Assembly: GCA_963422395.1 (NCBI GenBank)
Contig: OY729431.1
Span: 416,001-480,000 of the forward strand
Source: Vicinamibacteria bacterium
GTDB taxonomy: Bacteria > Acidobacteriota > Vicinamibacteria > Marinacidobacterales > Marinacidobacteraceae
Length of the DNA stretch: 64,000 nucleotides
Direction: 5' to 3'
Part shown: one piece after another, positions 38,066-50,930 of the stretch
How positions within the stretch are numbered: position 1 is the stretch's first letter
How the letters are laid out: each line of letters starts with the position of its first letter
Notes under the pieces: generated by a model
Seen by the model: only the letters and a program-made list of their open reading frames with translations
What the model was told of the DNA's origin: nothing
Databases searched by the model: none
Program-made: the position numbers and the translations under genes

Positions 38066-38079
38066 GACGATGGAAAATG

Positions 38080-39042
38080 CTACGAGAGGGCCGCCCCGCG
38101 CGCAGAACGCCGGGTGCGGGAGAGCCGGCGGGTCGCTGCGGCCCGCCAGACCCCTGCCAGAGCGCTGCCGATCAGCGAATGGAAGAGGCTGGAGATCGCG
38201 CTGGGCACCGCGACCAGGGGGTTCGCGAAGTTCTGTCCGGCCAGAACCACCCCCAGGCCGGAGTTCTGCATCCCGACTTCGATCGCCAGGGTGCGGGCCG
38301 TCTGTTCGGACCGGCGCCAGAGCCGCGCGAGGCCGTACCCGAGCCCGAACCCCGCCGCGTGCAGGCAGAACACCGACGCCAGCAGCCGGCCTCCGGACTC
38401 GAGGATGGCGAGCCGGCTCGAACCGATGATCGAAGCGACGATGAGCGTGATCAGCACTACCGAGACGAACGGGCCGCCGGGCAGCACCGCTCGGGTGAGG
38501 CGCCCCGCGTAGCGCCGCAGCAACAACCCGGCGAACACCGGGAGGATCACGACCTGCACGGTGCTCGCAAGGAGCCCGGCGGCGGGCACCTCGATGCGGC
38601 TCGCGGCGAGGGTGGCGGTCAGGAGCGGCGTCATCAGGACGGACCCGGCTGTCGAGACCGCGGTCAGGGAAACCGAGAGCGGCACATCGGCGAGCGCGAG
38701 GAACGAGATGACATTCGAGGCCACTCCTCCGGGGCAGCACGACACCAGGATCAAGCCGACCGCGAACTCCCGGGGCAGGTCCATGGCGGCCGCGATGGTC
38801 CAGCCGAGCAGGGGCATGACGAGATACTGAAGCGCCACCCCCAGCACAACGGGCGCGGGCCGCCTCAGGACCCGGCGGAAGTCACCGACCTCCAGGGTCA
38901 GCCCCATACCGAGCATGATGACCCCGAGCGAAGCGGGGATCAGCCCGCCGCGGAACCAGGTGAAGGCTTCCGGCCAGTAGAGGGCGGCGGCGCTGGCCGC
39001 GAGAACCCAGACCGGGAAGCCGAGGGTCGAGAGCCTCAGCAT
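38080..39042 (-). CDS. Bile acid:sodium symporter family transporter (PanS-like)
   Basis: LGVIMLGMGLTL, CCPGGVASN, IEVGMQNSGL; directly upstream of coaX. Confidence 0.88.
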   Translation of the reverse strand: MLRLSTLGFPVWVLAASAAALYWPEAFTWFRGGLIPASLGVIMLGMGLTLEVGDFRRVLRRPAPVVLGVALQYLVMPLLGWTIAAAMDLPREFAVGLILVSCCPGGVASNVISFLALADVPLSVSLTAVSTAGSVLMTPLLTATLAASRIEVPAAGLLASTVQVVILPVFAGLLLRRYAGRLTRAVLPGGPFVSVVLITLIVASIIGSSRLAILESGGRLLASVFCLHAAGFGLGYGLARLWRRSEQTARTLAIEVGMQNSGLGVVLAGQNFANPLVAVPSAISSLFHSLIGSALAGVWRAAATRRLSRTRRSARGAALS

Positions 39043-39231
39043 GCACCGGGTCTCCTTTCCGGCAAGACGCGTTCAGGGCCTCTTGCGGCGCAGTATAGGG
39101 ACTGGATCGAGGTCGGGAGCGGGTAGGTCGGGACCGGCGTCGGCAGTGCGGAGTGCCCCGGGGAAAATGCGCGCTCTCACCTCTGCTGATTCTCCCTGCC
39201 GTTCCTCCCCGCGCATAGACTCCCTCGCCCG

Positions 39232-40212
39232 ATGGTTCCGCTGGCCGAGATCGAGGCCGCCCGCTCCCGGATCGCGCCGTTCGCGGTCCGCACTCCGCTC
39301 GTCCGTTTCCCTCACCCGGGGCCCGACGAGATCTGGCTGAAACTCGAGAACCTCCAGCCCTTCGCCTGCTTCAAGATCCGCGCCGCGGCGGCCCTCTTCG
39401 CCACTCTCGCCGACGCGGAGCTCCGCCGGGGGGTCATGACCGCGAGCGCCGGGAACTGGGCGCAGGCGGTGGCGTTCATGGCCCGCGAGCGGGGGGTCCC
39501 CTGCACCGTGGTGGTCCCGGAGACCTCTCCGGAGAACAAGCGGCGGGCGATCGCCGCGCTCGGAGCGAAGGCGGTGGTGGCGCCGTTCGCCGCGTGGTGG
39601 CGGGCCATCGTCACCCACTCGCATCCCGGCCTCGACGCCCGTTTCGTCCATCCGGTGGAGGAAGCGCCGGTGATGGCGGGCAACGGCACCGCCGGAATCG
39701 AGATCCTCGAGGATCTGCCGGAGGTGGACGCGGTGCTGGTTCCGTTCGGCGGCGGCGGCCTCAGTTGCGGCATCTCGAGCGCGCTCCGCCAGCAGGGCTC
39801 GGCGGCCCGGGTCCATCCGGTCGAGGTCTCGACCTCGCCGAAGCTCGCGGCGGCGTTCGAGCACGGTGCGCCGCAGTGGATCGAGACCGAGCCGAGCTTC
39901 GTGGACGGCATCGGCGGCAACACGGTGCTCGAACCGATGTGGCCGCTCGCCCGCGACCTCCTCGACGAGCCGTTGTTGGCGGAGCCGGACGAGATCGCCG
40001 AAGCCGTTCGCCTGCTCGCCGGTCGCTCGCGGATCGTGGCCGAAGGGGCCGGCGCCTGTCCACTGGCGGCGGCGCTCGCCGACCGGGTGCCGCGGCTTCG
40101 GATGGAGGCGGGCCGGAAGCGGAAACTGGTGTGCGTGGTCTCCGGGGGCAATGTGGAGATGGAAGTCTTCCGACGGATCCTCGCCGGCGAGACCCCGACC
40201 TCCGCCCGCTGA
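39232..40212 (+). CDS. PLP-dependent threonine/serine dehydratase family enzyme
   Basis: RTPL, KLENLQPFACFKIR, ASAGN, PFGGGGL, SGGN. Confidence 0.88.
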   Translation: MVPLAEIEAARSRIAPFAVRTPLVRFPHPGPDEIWLKLENLQPFACFKIRAAAALFATLADAELRRGVMTASAGNWAQAVAFMARERGVPCTVVVPETSPENKRRAIAALGAKAVVAPFAAWWRAIVTHSHPGLDARFVHPVEEAPVMAGNGTAGIEILEDLPEVDAVLVPFGGGGLSCGISSALRQQGSAARVHPVEVSTSPKLAAAFEHGAPQWIETEPSFVDGIGGNTVLEPMWPLARDLLDEPLLAEPDEIAEAVRLLAGRSRIVAEGAGACPLAAALADRVPRLRMEAGRKRKLVCVVSGGNVEMEVFRRILAGETPTSAR

Positions 40213-40269
40213 CCGGTGCGCTCGCTCCGGTCGTCGGAGCCGGTACCGGGAGAGTCGGGAGGAGGGCGG

Positions 40270-42966
<2,697 letters not shown>

Positions 42967-43122
42967 TTCGGGAGCCGGAGAACCGGGAAGGATAACCGGG
43001 CGCAGGTGCAAGAACTCCTCTTCCTGGAGTCCGCGGACCGGTCCCGTAGCGATCGGCTTCCCCCATGAACCGGCTGAGAGAACTTCTTCCGGCTCGGATC
43101 GTTATGACACCAGGAGGCCTCA

Positions 43123-43890
43123 TTGAGCGAAGATCAGATACTCCTTTCCGGCGAAACACCGACCCCGCCGCCTCCCCCGCCGTCGTCGGCTCCAAAATCG
43201 GCGCCCTTCGATCTCGGCGCGCTGTTCGGATTCGCTTTCCGCGATCCGCGCTCGCTCTCCAAATTCCTGATCGGCTGCTTCGCCGTGGTTCTCATCCCGC
43301 TGTTCGGGCTCGGGCTTGTGGCTCTGCTGGGCTTCCTCGTCGGGACGGCGCGCGGCGCGCTCCGCGGGGACGAGCACCCGATGCCCGAATGGGACGATCC
43401 GGGCGGCCTGCTCCTCGATGGACTGAAGGTTCTGGGAGTGATTCTCGCCTATGCTGCGGCGGCGGCGGTGGTCGGGCTCACGCTGCTCGGCTTCACCGTA
43501 TTTTGGGTCGGTATCGGCAAGTCCATGGGCTCCGCCGCGGTCACCGTGGCCTCGGTGTTCGGAGTCCTGGTGTCGGTGATCTTCCTCATGTTGTTGGTGC
43601 TGTTTGCGAAGGCGGTGTTGCCGGCGGGCATCTTGCAGCTGGCCGCAACAGGACAGTTCGGCGCCGCTTTCCGCATCAATGAAAGCCTGGCGATGGTCCG
43701 CGCCAACTCGAGCACCTACCTCTGTCTGTTGCTGACCCTGATCCTGTTCTCAGTCCTTGCGGACGCCACCGTCCTCCTCTGCTTCGTCGGGGTGATCCCC
43801 GGCGCGTTCTGGGGGTTTGCTGCCTCCGGCGCCGCCATCGGCCACGCCGGCCGTTCGATGGGGGTGAAAGCCCGCTCTCCGGTGCTTTGA
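43123..43890 (+). CDS. DUF4013 family membrane protein
   Basis: FAFRDP..KFLIG, MPEWDDPGGLLLDGLK; multiple TM helices. Confidence 0.75.
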   Translation: MSEDQILLSGETPTPPPPPPSSAPKSAPFDLGALFGFAFRDPRSLSKFLIGCFAVVLIPLFGLGLVALLGFLVGTARGALRGDEHPMPEWDDPGGLLLDGLKVLGVILAYAAAAAVVGLTLLGFTVFWVGIGKSMGSAAVTVASVFGVLVSVIFLMLLVLFAKAVLPAGILQLAATGQFGAAFRINESLAMVRANSSTYLCLLLTLILFSVLADATVLLCFVGVIPGAFWGFAASGAAIGHAGRSMGVKARSPVL

Positions 43891-44088
43891 GTTGTCGGCG
43901 GGCTCGCCCGCGAGACGATCCGAAACGCATCAGCTGCGCGCTCGGACCCCCGCCTCGACCGCGCCGGCGGTACCGCGCGGCATCGGGGGGACTCGGGTTG
44001 CTGGACCGGCGGCGGTAGTCTCTCCCGCCGGGTCGGGGGGTCCCCTCTCGACGGCGGGGTTCCGCCGCTGACCCGAAGGAGAGATTCG

Positions 44089-44874
44089 GTGCCCGAGTTC
44101 GTGCGGAAACGGTTTCAGGGGAAGGTGGCGATCGTCACCGGAGCGTCCAGCGGGATCGGCCGCGCGACGGCCCTGCGGCTCGGTGCCGAAGGCGCCCGGG
44201 TCACCCTGGCGGCCCGGCGCGCCGCGCGGCTCGAGCTGGCGGCGCAGGAGATCGAAGCCGCCGGCGGAGCGGCGCTGCCGCTTGCCGGAGATGTGTCCGA
44301 TCCGGACTTCCGGGCCCGCCTGGTCGGCGAAACCGTCGAGCGGTTCGGCGGGATCGACCACCTGGTGAGCTCGGCGGGAGGGATCGCCTTCGGAACCGTC
44401 GAGAGCACCGGACTCGAAGACTGGCAGCGGATGTTCGCCCTGAATGTGGAGGCGGTGTTCGACCTGCTTCGCCTCTCGGCGCCGCACCTCCTCGAGCGGA
44501 AGGGCAGCGTGGTGCATGTTTCGAGCGTGAACGGAATCCGATCCTTTCCGGGGGTTCTGGCCTACAACTGCAGCAAGTCGGCGCTCGACCAGCTGACCCG
44601 CTGCGCCGCTCTGGAACTCGCTGCGAAAGGCGTCCGGATCAACTCGGTGAACCCCGGTGTGACCCGAACCGAACTCCACACCGCCGCCGGCCTCGATGCC
44701 GAACGCTACGCGAAGTTCGTGGAACACAGCCGGACGACCCACCCCGTCGGCCGCATCGGCGATCCGGAAGAGGTCGCCGACCTGGCGCTCTTCCTGCTGT
44801 CGGAAGACGCTGGCTTCGTCACCGGCGTCACCGTTCCGGTGGACGGCGGCCGCCACCTCACCTGCGCTCGGTAG
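44089..44874 (+). CDS. SDR family oxidoreductase
   Basis: TGASSGIG, YNCSK, GVRINSVNPG, VDGG. Confidence 0.92.
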   Translation: MPEFVRKRFQGKVAIVTGASSGIGRATALRLGAEGARVTLAARRAARLELAAQEIEAAGGAALPLAGDVSDPDFRARLVGETVERFGGIDHLVSSAGGIAFGTVESTGLEDWQRMFALNVEAVFDLLRLSAPHLLERKGSVVHVSSVNGIRSFPGVLAYNCSKSALDQLTRCAALELAAKGVRINSVNPGVTRTELHTAAGLDAERYAKFVEHSRTTHPVGRIGDPEEVADLALFLLSEDAGFVTGVTVPVDGGRHLTCAR

Positions 44875-44911
44875 CCGACCGGGCGGGGCCCCCCCTGGAC
44901 GGCCGATCGGG

Positions 44912-46606
44912 CTAATCGCCGAAGGCGCGGCGGATTCCGGCGACGGCGGCTTCCCGGCCTCTGGTGAAACGAAGGACTCCCTCGACGACGAGACCTATCG
45001 CCAACGCCATGATCGCTGCGCCGACGAGCAGCAACAGCCAGTTGCCGGAGCTGGCGTACTCCCGGATGTTGTAGAGCATCGCGGCGATGGTCGTGCCCAC
45101 CATGAACACCATCGGCACCAGCGCGAAGGCGAAGGGCTTCTTGCGGAAATAGAGGTAGAGCGTCACCGACAGCAGGGTGAGGCCCGCCATGATCTGGTTC
45201 GTGGTGCCGAAGAGCGACCAGAGCGCGGTGCCGGCGGGCGTCGGACCGGTAGGGCTCGGGATCTTCATCAGCGCGAAGAAGCCGATCACCGCGACGGCGA
45301 GGAGCGACGCGAGATAGCGGTTTCCGAGCGCCGGGACGCGGAGGCTCTCCGAGATCTCTTCGATGTTGTAGCGAAGGATGCGGGTTGCCGAGTCGAGGGT
45401 GGTGAGCGCGAAGGAGACCGCCACCAGTGCCATGAACGCCTTGCCCGCCTCGACCGGAATCCCCAGGGTCGTCAGGAAGTTGGCTGCGCCGGTGATGTAA
45501 GCGTCCAATTTTTCGGCGAGCCCGTTCGCGCTGTCCCAGGTCGCGAAGTGAGCGTGCCAGGCCTCACGGTTCGCGAATCCGGCGGTGGTGGCGAGCACTG
45601 CGGAGAGCCCGAGCAGGCTCTCTCCGATCATCCCGCCGTAGCCGATGAAGGGCGCGTCGCTCTCCCGGTCGAGCTGTTTGGAGGTGGTGCCCGAGGAAAC
45701 GAGCGCGTGGAAGCCGGACACCGCACCGCAGGCGATCACGATGAAGACGAACGGGTAGATCGGCGGCGCGCCCGCAGGCGCCGGGTTGTAGGCGGGGGCC
45801 GCGAACTCCGGGTTCAGGATCACGAAGGAGACGAAGATTCCGAGGAGCGCCAGATAGAGCAGGATCGAGTTGAGGAAATCGCGGGGCTGGAGCAGCAGCC
45901 AGACCGGGAGCACCGAGGCGCAGAAGGCGTACCCGAGAAGCAGAAAGCTCCACTGGGTGGTCGAGAGGTCGGGCGCCGGCAAAACGCTGCCGAGCCAGAT
46001 GCTCGCGAACAGCAGCGCTGCTCCGATCGGGATCAGGACCTTCAGGCTCACGCCCCGGCGGTAGGACAGGTAGCCGATCGCGATGGCGAGGACCATCACG
46101 GCGGTGCTCGGGGTGACGGCTTGGGGATAGAAGATCTTCGATAAGAGTTGCGCCACCACCTGGACGAAGACTCCCATCGCCAGTCCGATCAGGAAGACGA
46201 TGAGCGCGTGGAAGAGGTACTTGGCCCGGCGGCCGATGATGTCCTCGGCGATGCGCCCGATGGACTTTCCCTTCGCGCGGATACTGATGCAAAGCGCCGA
46301 GAAGTCGTGTACCGCTCCGACCAGCAGCGTACCGACGACGACCCAGATCATCGCCGGGACCCAGCCCCAGATCACTGCGATCGCCGGTCCGAGCATCGGC
46401 GCGAGCCCCGCGATCGAGGCGTAGTGGTGGCCGAAGAGCACCACCCGCCGGGTGGGGACATAGTCGCGTCCGTCGGCGAGCTGATGGGCCGGGGTGGGCC
46501 TCGAATCGTCGAGATCGAAGGCCCGCCTGCCGATCCGCCTCCCGTAGAAGCGGTATCCGACTGCGTAGAGCCCGAAACACACTAGGGTCGCCACCAAGGG
46601 GCTCAT
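44912..46606 (-). CDS. cstA: Carbon starvation protein A (peptide/pyruvate transporter)
   Basis: TPAH..DGRDYVPT, LFGHHYASIAG, IACGAVSGFH, FALTTLDSATR. Confidence 0.93.
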   Translation of the reverse strand: MSPLVATLVCFGLYAVGYRFYGRRIGRRAFDLDDSRPTPAHQLADGRDYVPTRRVVLFGHHYASIAGLAPMLGPAIAVIWGWVPAMIWVVVGTLLVGAVHDFSALCISIRAKGKSIGRIAEDIIGRRAKYLFHALIVFLIGLAMGVFVQVVAQLLSKIFYPQAVTPSTAVMVLAIAIGYLSYRRGVSLKVLIPIGAALLFASIWLGSVLPAPDLSTTQWSFLLLGYAFCASVLPVWLLLQPRDFLNSILLYLALLGIFVSFVILNPEFAAPAYNPAPAGAPPIYPFVFIVIACGAVSGFHALVSSGTTSKQLDRESDAPFIGYGGMIGESLLGLSAVLATTAGFANREAWHAHFATWDSANGLAEKLDAYITGAANFLTTLGIPVEAGKAFMALVAVSFALTTLDSATRILRYNIEEISESLRVPALGNRYLASLLAVAVIGFFALMKIPSPTGPTPAGTALWSLFGTTNQIMAGLTLLSVTLYLYFRKKPFAFALVPMVFMVGTTIAAMLYNIREYASSGNWLLLLVGAAIMALAIGLVVEGVLRFTRGREAAVAGIRRAFGD

Positions 46607-46724
46607 CAGCTTCCTTCCTTCTCGCAGCCTGCGGACGCCTGAAGATACCAGAGAGGCGCTGGAATTCGCGGATTCTGCAGGCCTCTGCTGGTAGCATCGC
46701 TGCCCTCCCCGAGGAGGATCGTCG

Positions 46725-47396
46725 ATGCGCAGCGCAAGGGTCTCCTTTCCGGCGAACCGAGGGGTCACCGAAGGCTACCTGGCGGTCCCGGACCCACCCG
46801 GTCCGGGCGTCCTCGTGATCCAGGAGTGGTGGGGCCTCGTCGGGCACATCGAAGAGGTGGCGGATCGGTTCGCGGCGGCTGGGTTCACCGCGCTGGCACC
46901 GGATCTCTTCCACGGGAAACAGACCACCTCGCCGGACGAGGCCGGCAAGCTGCTGATGGCCCTCGAAGTGGACCGCGCGGAGCAGGATCTCGGCGGCGCG
47001 GCCGATCACCTCGCATCCGTCGCTTCCGGCGGATCGGTCGGGGTGGTGGGCTTTTGCATGGGCGGCCAGCTCGCTCTCTTCGCCGCCAGCAAGTCCCCCC
47101 GGATCGGTGCCTGCGTGGACTTCTACGGGATCCATCCGCATGTCCATCCCGACTACGGCGCGATTCGCTGTCCGGTGCTGGGCCTCTTCGCCGAGAACGA
47201 CGGCTTCGTGCCGCCGGAAGCGGTCGGGAAGCTGGGGGAGTCGCTTCGCGCCGCCGGCGTGGAAGCGGAACTCCACACCTATCCGGGGACCGACCACGCC
47301 TTCTTCAACGACCGCCGCCCTGAGGTGTACGACGAAGCCGCCGCGGCCGAGGCCTGGGACCGCGTCCTCCGCTTCTTCCGGGCCAATCTGGCGTAG
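46725..47396 (+). CDS. Dienelactone hydrolase family protein
   Basis: IQEWWGL, GFCMGG, YPGTDHAFFND. Confidence 0.92.
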   Translation: MRSARVSFPANRGVTEGYLAVPDPPGPGVLVIQEWWGLVGHIEEVADRFAAAGFTALAPDLFHGKQTTSPDEAGKLLMALEVDRAEQDLGGAADHLASVASGGSVGVVGFCMGGQLALFAASKSPRIGACVDFYGIHPHVHPDYGAIRCPVLGLFAENDGFVPPEAVGKLGESLRAAGVEAELHTYPGTDHAFFNDRRPEVYDEAAAAEAWDRVLRFFRANLA

Positions 47397-47439
47397 CCGA
47401 CTTCGGCATGGTCGGGGAGGCTCGACCGGGACCTCATCA

Positions 47440-47561
47440 CTCTTCGGCGTGTTCGCGGGGCCATGCTGGCCCCGCATGAAGCGGCCGGCGATGCATCGGA
47501 GCCCCACCGGGAGAACGGGACCGCTCTCGAGGCTCGCGCCACTTTATCCACGGACTCCTAG
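47440..47561. repeat. Partial/variant copy of the MITE-like element
   Basis: GCTCGCGCCACTTTATCCACGGACTCCTAG end plus the CCCCACCGGGAGAA and CGGCGATGCATC modules shared with other copies. Confidence 0.7.
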
Positions 47562-47606
47562 CAGCTAACAGCGGCGGCGACTCGACGAGGTTCGGCGGGT
47601 TTCGTT

Positions 47607-48302
47607 TCACCGGGCACCGCGGATGCGGCGGGCGAGCGCCAGCAGCAAGCGGGTCTCGCGTTCGCTGAGGCCGGCGCGGCCGAAGAGTTCGCGCCATTCG
47701 GCGAAGCGGACCTCCGGCTTTTCCGGGGTCAGGAATCCGATGGAGAGCATCGCGTCCCGGAGTGCAGCGAGCGCCCGTTCCGTCTCGACGGAGGCGGCGC
47801 GCCGCACTTTCGGCTTCGAGGGTCCGGCGCCGGCGAGGAAGATCTCGTAGCCCGTGACCATCGCCGCCTGGGCGAGGTTCAGGGAAGGTTGGCGCGGGGA
47901 AGCGGGGATGCGGACCTGGCGCTGGCACCGGGAGCGCTCTTCGAGCGTCAGTCCGCTGGACTCGTTCCCGAAAACCACGGCCACCTCGGCTTCGGCGCCG
48001 CAGTCGGCGATCTCGCGGGCGAGTTCCCGGGGGGTCCGGTGGGGTATCCGGTCCCCGCCGCGCCCGCTCAGACCGGCGACCAGCCGGCAGTCCCCCACGG
48101 CCTCTTCGAGGCTCGCGAATTCGCCGGCGGTCTCGAGGAACTCTTCCGCCTGCCAGGCGGTCCGGAACGCCTCGACGGTGCGCCAGTCCCCCGGCTGGAC
48201 CAGCCGGAGGCCGCTGAGACCGGTGTTGGCGGCGACCCGCGCCGCGGCGCCGATGTTTTCGGGCCGCCGGGGCCGCACGAGGACCAGGTGAACGTGCGCC
48301 AT
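47607..48302 (-). CDS. trmJ: TrmJ/TrmH family SPOUT RNA methyltransferase
   Basis: PENIGAAAR, VVFGNESSGL, SLNLAQA. Confidence 0.85.
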   Translation of the reverse strand: MAHVHLVLVRPRRPENIGAAARVAANTGLSGLRLVQPGDWRTVEAFRTAWQAEEFLETAGEFASLEEAVGDCRLVAGLSGRGGDRIPHRTPRELAREIADCGAEAEVAVVFGNESSGLTLEERSRCQRQVRIPASPRQPSLNLAQAAMVTGYEIFLAGAGPSKPKVRRAASVETERALAALRDAMLSIGFLTPEKPEVRFAEWRELFGRAGLSERETRLLLALARRIRGAR

Positions 48303-48331
48303 CGCCGTCCTCGGTATCGTAGGGATCCGCG

Positions 48332-48625
48332 ATGCCTGATGAAGGTCCTTACCGCGACCTGAAGCCAGTCGGCGGCGGATCGTTCCATCTCCCCGCCCGC
48401 AAGTGGCGGGAGATCCTGTTCGTCGGGGCCATGCGCGAGGAAGGAGACGGCCTCTATGTTCGCGACCCCGCGCGCCCGCTCCCTCCCCTGCGCGAATCGG
48501 AGCTGTTCGCTCCGGAGAGGCGTTTTAGCGCCGAGATACTCCCCGACCCGCGGCCCGGAACTCCCGACCTGCGGAACCCGCGGCGCCGCGACCGGAGTCG
48601 GGTGCTCCTGACCCCCGTCCGCTGA
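48332..48625 (+). CDS. Hypothetical protein
   Basis: 97-aa ORF filling the trmJ-hisS gap; no motif recognised. Confidence 0.5.
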   Translation: MPDEGPYRDLKPVGGGSFHLPARKWREILFVGAMREEGDGLYVRDPARPLPPLRESELFAPERRFSAEILPDPRPGTPDLRNPRRRDRSRVLLTPVR

Positions 48626-48659
48626 ACTTCGGGCTGCTGCAAGCCGAGGGAGATCGAGC

Positions 48660-50072
48660 TCAACCTCCTGCGGTTGTCGCGCGCCGCGCGACCCGGGCCG
48701 CTGCCGCATCGAGCGGCAGGGTGGTCTGTTCTCCGGATTCGAGGTCGCGCACCGTGCATCGACCGGCGTCGATTTCCTGCGGTCCCAGGATCAGCGCGAA
48801 GCGGATTCCGGAGCTCGCGGCGCGGGCGAGCTGTTTGCCCAGCTTCAGCGCGTCCACCTGTACCTCGAGCCGGATTCCGGTGTTCCGCAGGGTTCGCGCG
48901 GTGCGGAGGATGTCCGCCGGATCGAGGCCGGGCAGGGGGCAGAGCATCGCCTGCGGCCCGGCGGCGCTCTCCGCGAAACCGCCTGCTTCCTCGACGAGCA
49001 GGAGGATGCGCTCCATGCCGAGCGAGAATCCCACCGCGGGGGTTTCCCGTCCGCTGAACATGCCCACCAGTCGGTCGTAGCGGCCCCCGCCGGCCAGCGA
49101 TCCAGCTCCCCCGGCCGCCACGACCTCGAAGATGGGCCCCGTGTAGTAGCTGAGGCCGCGGGCGAGACTCGGCGAAAAACGCACCGAAGCGGCGCCCTCC
49201 TCGAGCGCGCCTTCCAACATGTCGAAGAGCGTGCCGAGATCGTCGGCAGCCGCCCGCCCCGGTCCTTCGGGAAGCGCCCGCCCCAACTGCCGCAGTTTTT
49301 CCCCGGAGCTGTCGTCGTCGTCTTCCTCCGGAATCCATTCCAGCAGCTGCCCGGCGCGCTCGGCTCCGACCGCGGGGAGTCGGGCCAACTCGGCCGAGAC
49401 TCCGGCCCGGCCGAGCTGGCCGATCTTGTCGAGAACCACCAACGTCGCTGTTTCGCTGGAGGCGGGAATGCCGCTCGCTCCGATCAGGCTGCGCAGCAGC
49501 TCGCGGTGGTTCAGCAGGACCGTGAAATTTCGAAAACCGAGAGCGGACAGGGTGGAGTGGAGCACCACCAGGGCTTCCGCGTCGGCGAGGAGCGACCGGG
49601 ACCCCACGATGTCGGAGTCGCACTGGGTGAACTCCCGGAAACGCCCTCGCTGAGCGCGGTCGGCCCGCCAGACCGGCTGGATCTGGTAGCGGCGGAAGAC
49701 TGCCGGAAGGTCGGAGCGGTATTCGGCCGCCACCCGGGCGAGAGGCACCGTCAGGTCGTAGCGGAGCCCGAATTCGGCGAGATTCGCCGGCTCGACCGAG
49801 TCCCGGTCCAGCGCCCGGCGAAGCCGCTCTCCGCGATGGAGCACGCGATAGATGAGCTGGTCGCCCTCCTCGCCGTACTTGCCGAGCAGCGTCGGCAACC
49901 GTTCCATCGCCGGGGTTTCGATCGGGACGAAACCGTGTGCGGCGAAAGCGGTCTCGATGCGGCGGATCGCTTCTCGGCGCCGGAGAGCGGCGGGGGGCAG
50001 GTGGTCCCGCATCCCGCTCACCGGTTTCGTGGAAACCTGGGGCATGGCCTCCGGGAGGATACGCGAGCTCAT
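48660..50072 (-). CDS. hisS: Histidine--tRNA ligase
   Basis: GMRDHLP, LRYDLTVP, RGRFREFTQCD, LARGLSYYTG, GGGRYD. Confidence 0.96.
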   Translation of the reverse strand: MSSRILPEAMPQVSTKPVSGMRDHLPPAALRRREAIRRIETAFAAHGFVPIETPAMERLPTLLGKYGEEGDQLIYRVLHRGERLRRALDRDSVEPANLAEFGLRYDLTVPLARVAAEYRSDLPAVFRRYQIQPVWRADRAQRGRFREFTQCDSDIVGSRSLLADAEALVVLHSTLSALGFRNFTVLLNHRELLRSLIGASGIPASSETATLVVLDKIGQLGRAGVSAELARLPAVGAERAGQLLEWIPEEDDDDSSGEKLRQLGRALPEGPGRAAADDLGTLFDMLEGALEEGAASVRFSPSLARGLSYYTGPIFEVVAAGGAGSLAGGGRYDRLVGMFSGRETPAVGFSLGMERILLLVEEAGGFAESAAGPQAMLCPLPGLDPADILRTARTLRNTGIRLEVQVDALKLGKQLARAASSGIRFALILGPQEIDAGRCTVRDLESGEQTTLPLDAAAARVARRATTAGG

Positions 50073-50204
50073 CCACAGACTCCTGCCCGCGAAGACCAGC
50101 GGCGCCGCTCCTGCGCTCCGCTTCCGGACCCGCCCGATCTGGCCCGATCAGGGTCTGGCACAATCGGGCCTGGCCGGCGCCGAAAGTCGGCGGGGAGATA
50201 GCTC

Positions 50205-50549
50205 ATGCAACCGATTTCCGTTCTTCGGACCGTCCTTCTTTCCGCGTCCTCCACCCTCGTCTTCGCCGGGACGATTCCGGCGGCCGAGGAGAAGGCCTGG
50301 GCGGGACACATCACCGACGAGATGTGCGGGAGCGAACACATGATGGAGGGGATGACCCATCCCGAGTGCGCGATCTCCTGCATGGAGATGGGGGCGGCAC
50401 TCCAGCTGTATGTGGAAGCCGAGGAAGCGATCTACGCGATCGCGGATCAGAAGCAGGCGGAGCAGTTCGCGGGGATGGATGTCACAGTCGTCGGGGTGCT
50501 TTCCGAGGACGGCGAGACGGTGACCATCCACTCCATCGAATCGCGTTAG
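50205..50549 (+). CDS. Small exported Cys/Met/His-rich protein
   Basis: Signal peptide; GHITDEMCGSEH...ECAISC; RBS GGGAG. Confidence 0.75.
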   Translation: MQPISVLRTVLLSASSTLVFAGTIPAAEEKAWAGHITDEMCGSEHMMEGMTHPECAISCMEMGAALQLYVEAEEAIYAIADQKQAEQFAGMDVTVVGVLSEDGETVTIHSIESR

Positions 50550-50573
50550 CTGCGTCCTGCCCCGGAGGGGGTG

Positions 50574-50767
50574 TTAGGAGCCTGTGGACAAAGTCGCACG
50601 GCCAAAGGTCGGCGATGCCCAATTCTCCCGGTGGGGCCCGGCTGAACCACTTCGCTCGGCGTTGCGATTCCGTCGGAATACACCCGGTATGCCTCCCGAA
50701 TCGCGCCTCGTCAGCCGGGCGCCTCCCTGATCTTGGGGCTCGCGCCACTTTATCCACAGACTGCTAG
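50574..50767. mobile_element. Palindromic MITE-like element, copy 3
   Basis: TAGGAGCCTGTGGACAAAGT...ACTTTATCCACAGACTGCTAG; colinear with copy 2. Confidence 0.85.
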
Positions 50768-50930
50768 ACTGTGGGTTCAGATTCGTTGGGTGATGGCGCA
50801 GCTGCCTTGGCAGGCGGCGCGTGCCTCCTATCGAGCGATCCGCGCGGGAGCGCCGGCAGGTGCCCGGTCGTTGCGGGGGACCGCTGGGGTTCGGCCGCTT
50901 CAGGAACACTGGAGAACCGCGCTTCGTCCG

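Noticed and set aside
43890-44088. GC-rich hairpins upstream of the SDR gene as a riboswitch
   Set aside because: No recognisable riboswitch consensus; such pairing is expected by chance at this GC content
50640-50725. CTGACGAG (minus strand) in the repeat core suggesting a hammerhead ribozyme
   Set aside because: No correctly placed GAAA after stem II, and the other copies read CTGACAAG; the catalytic core is not conserved
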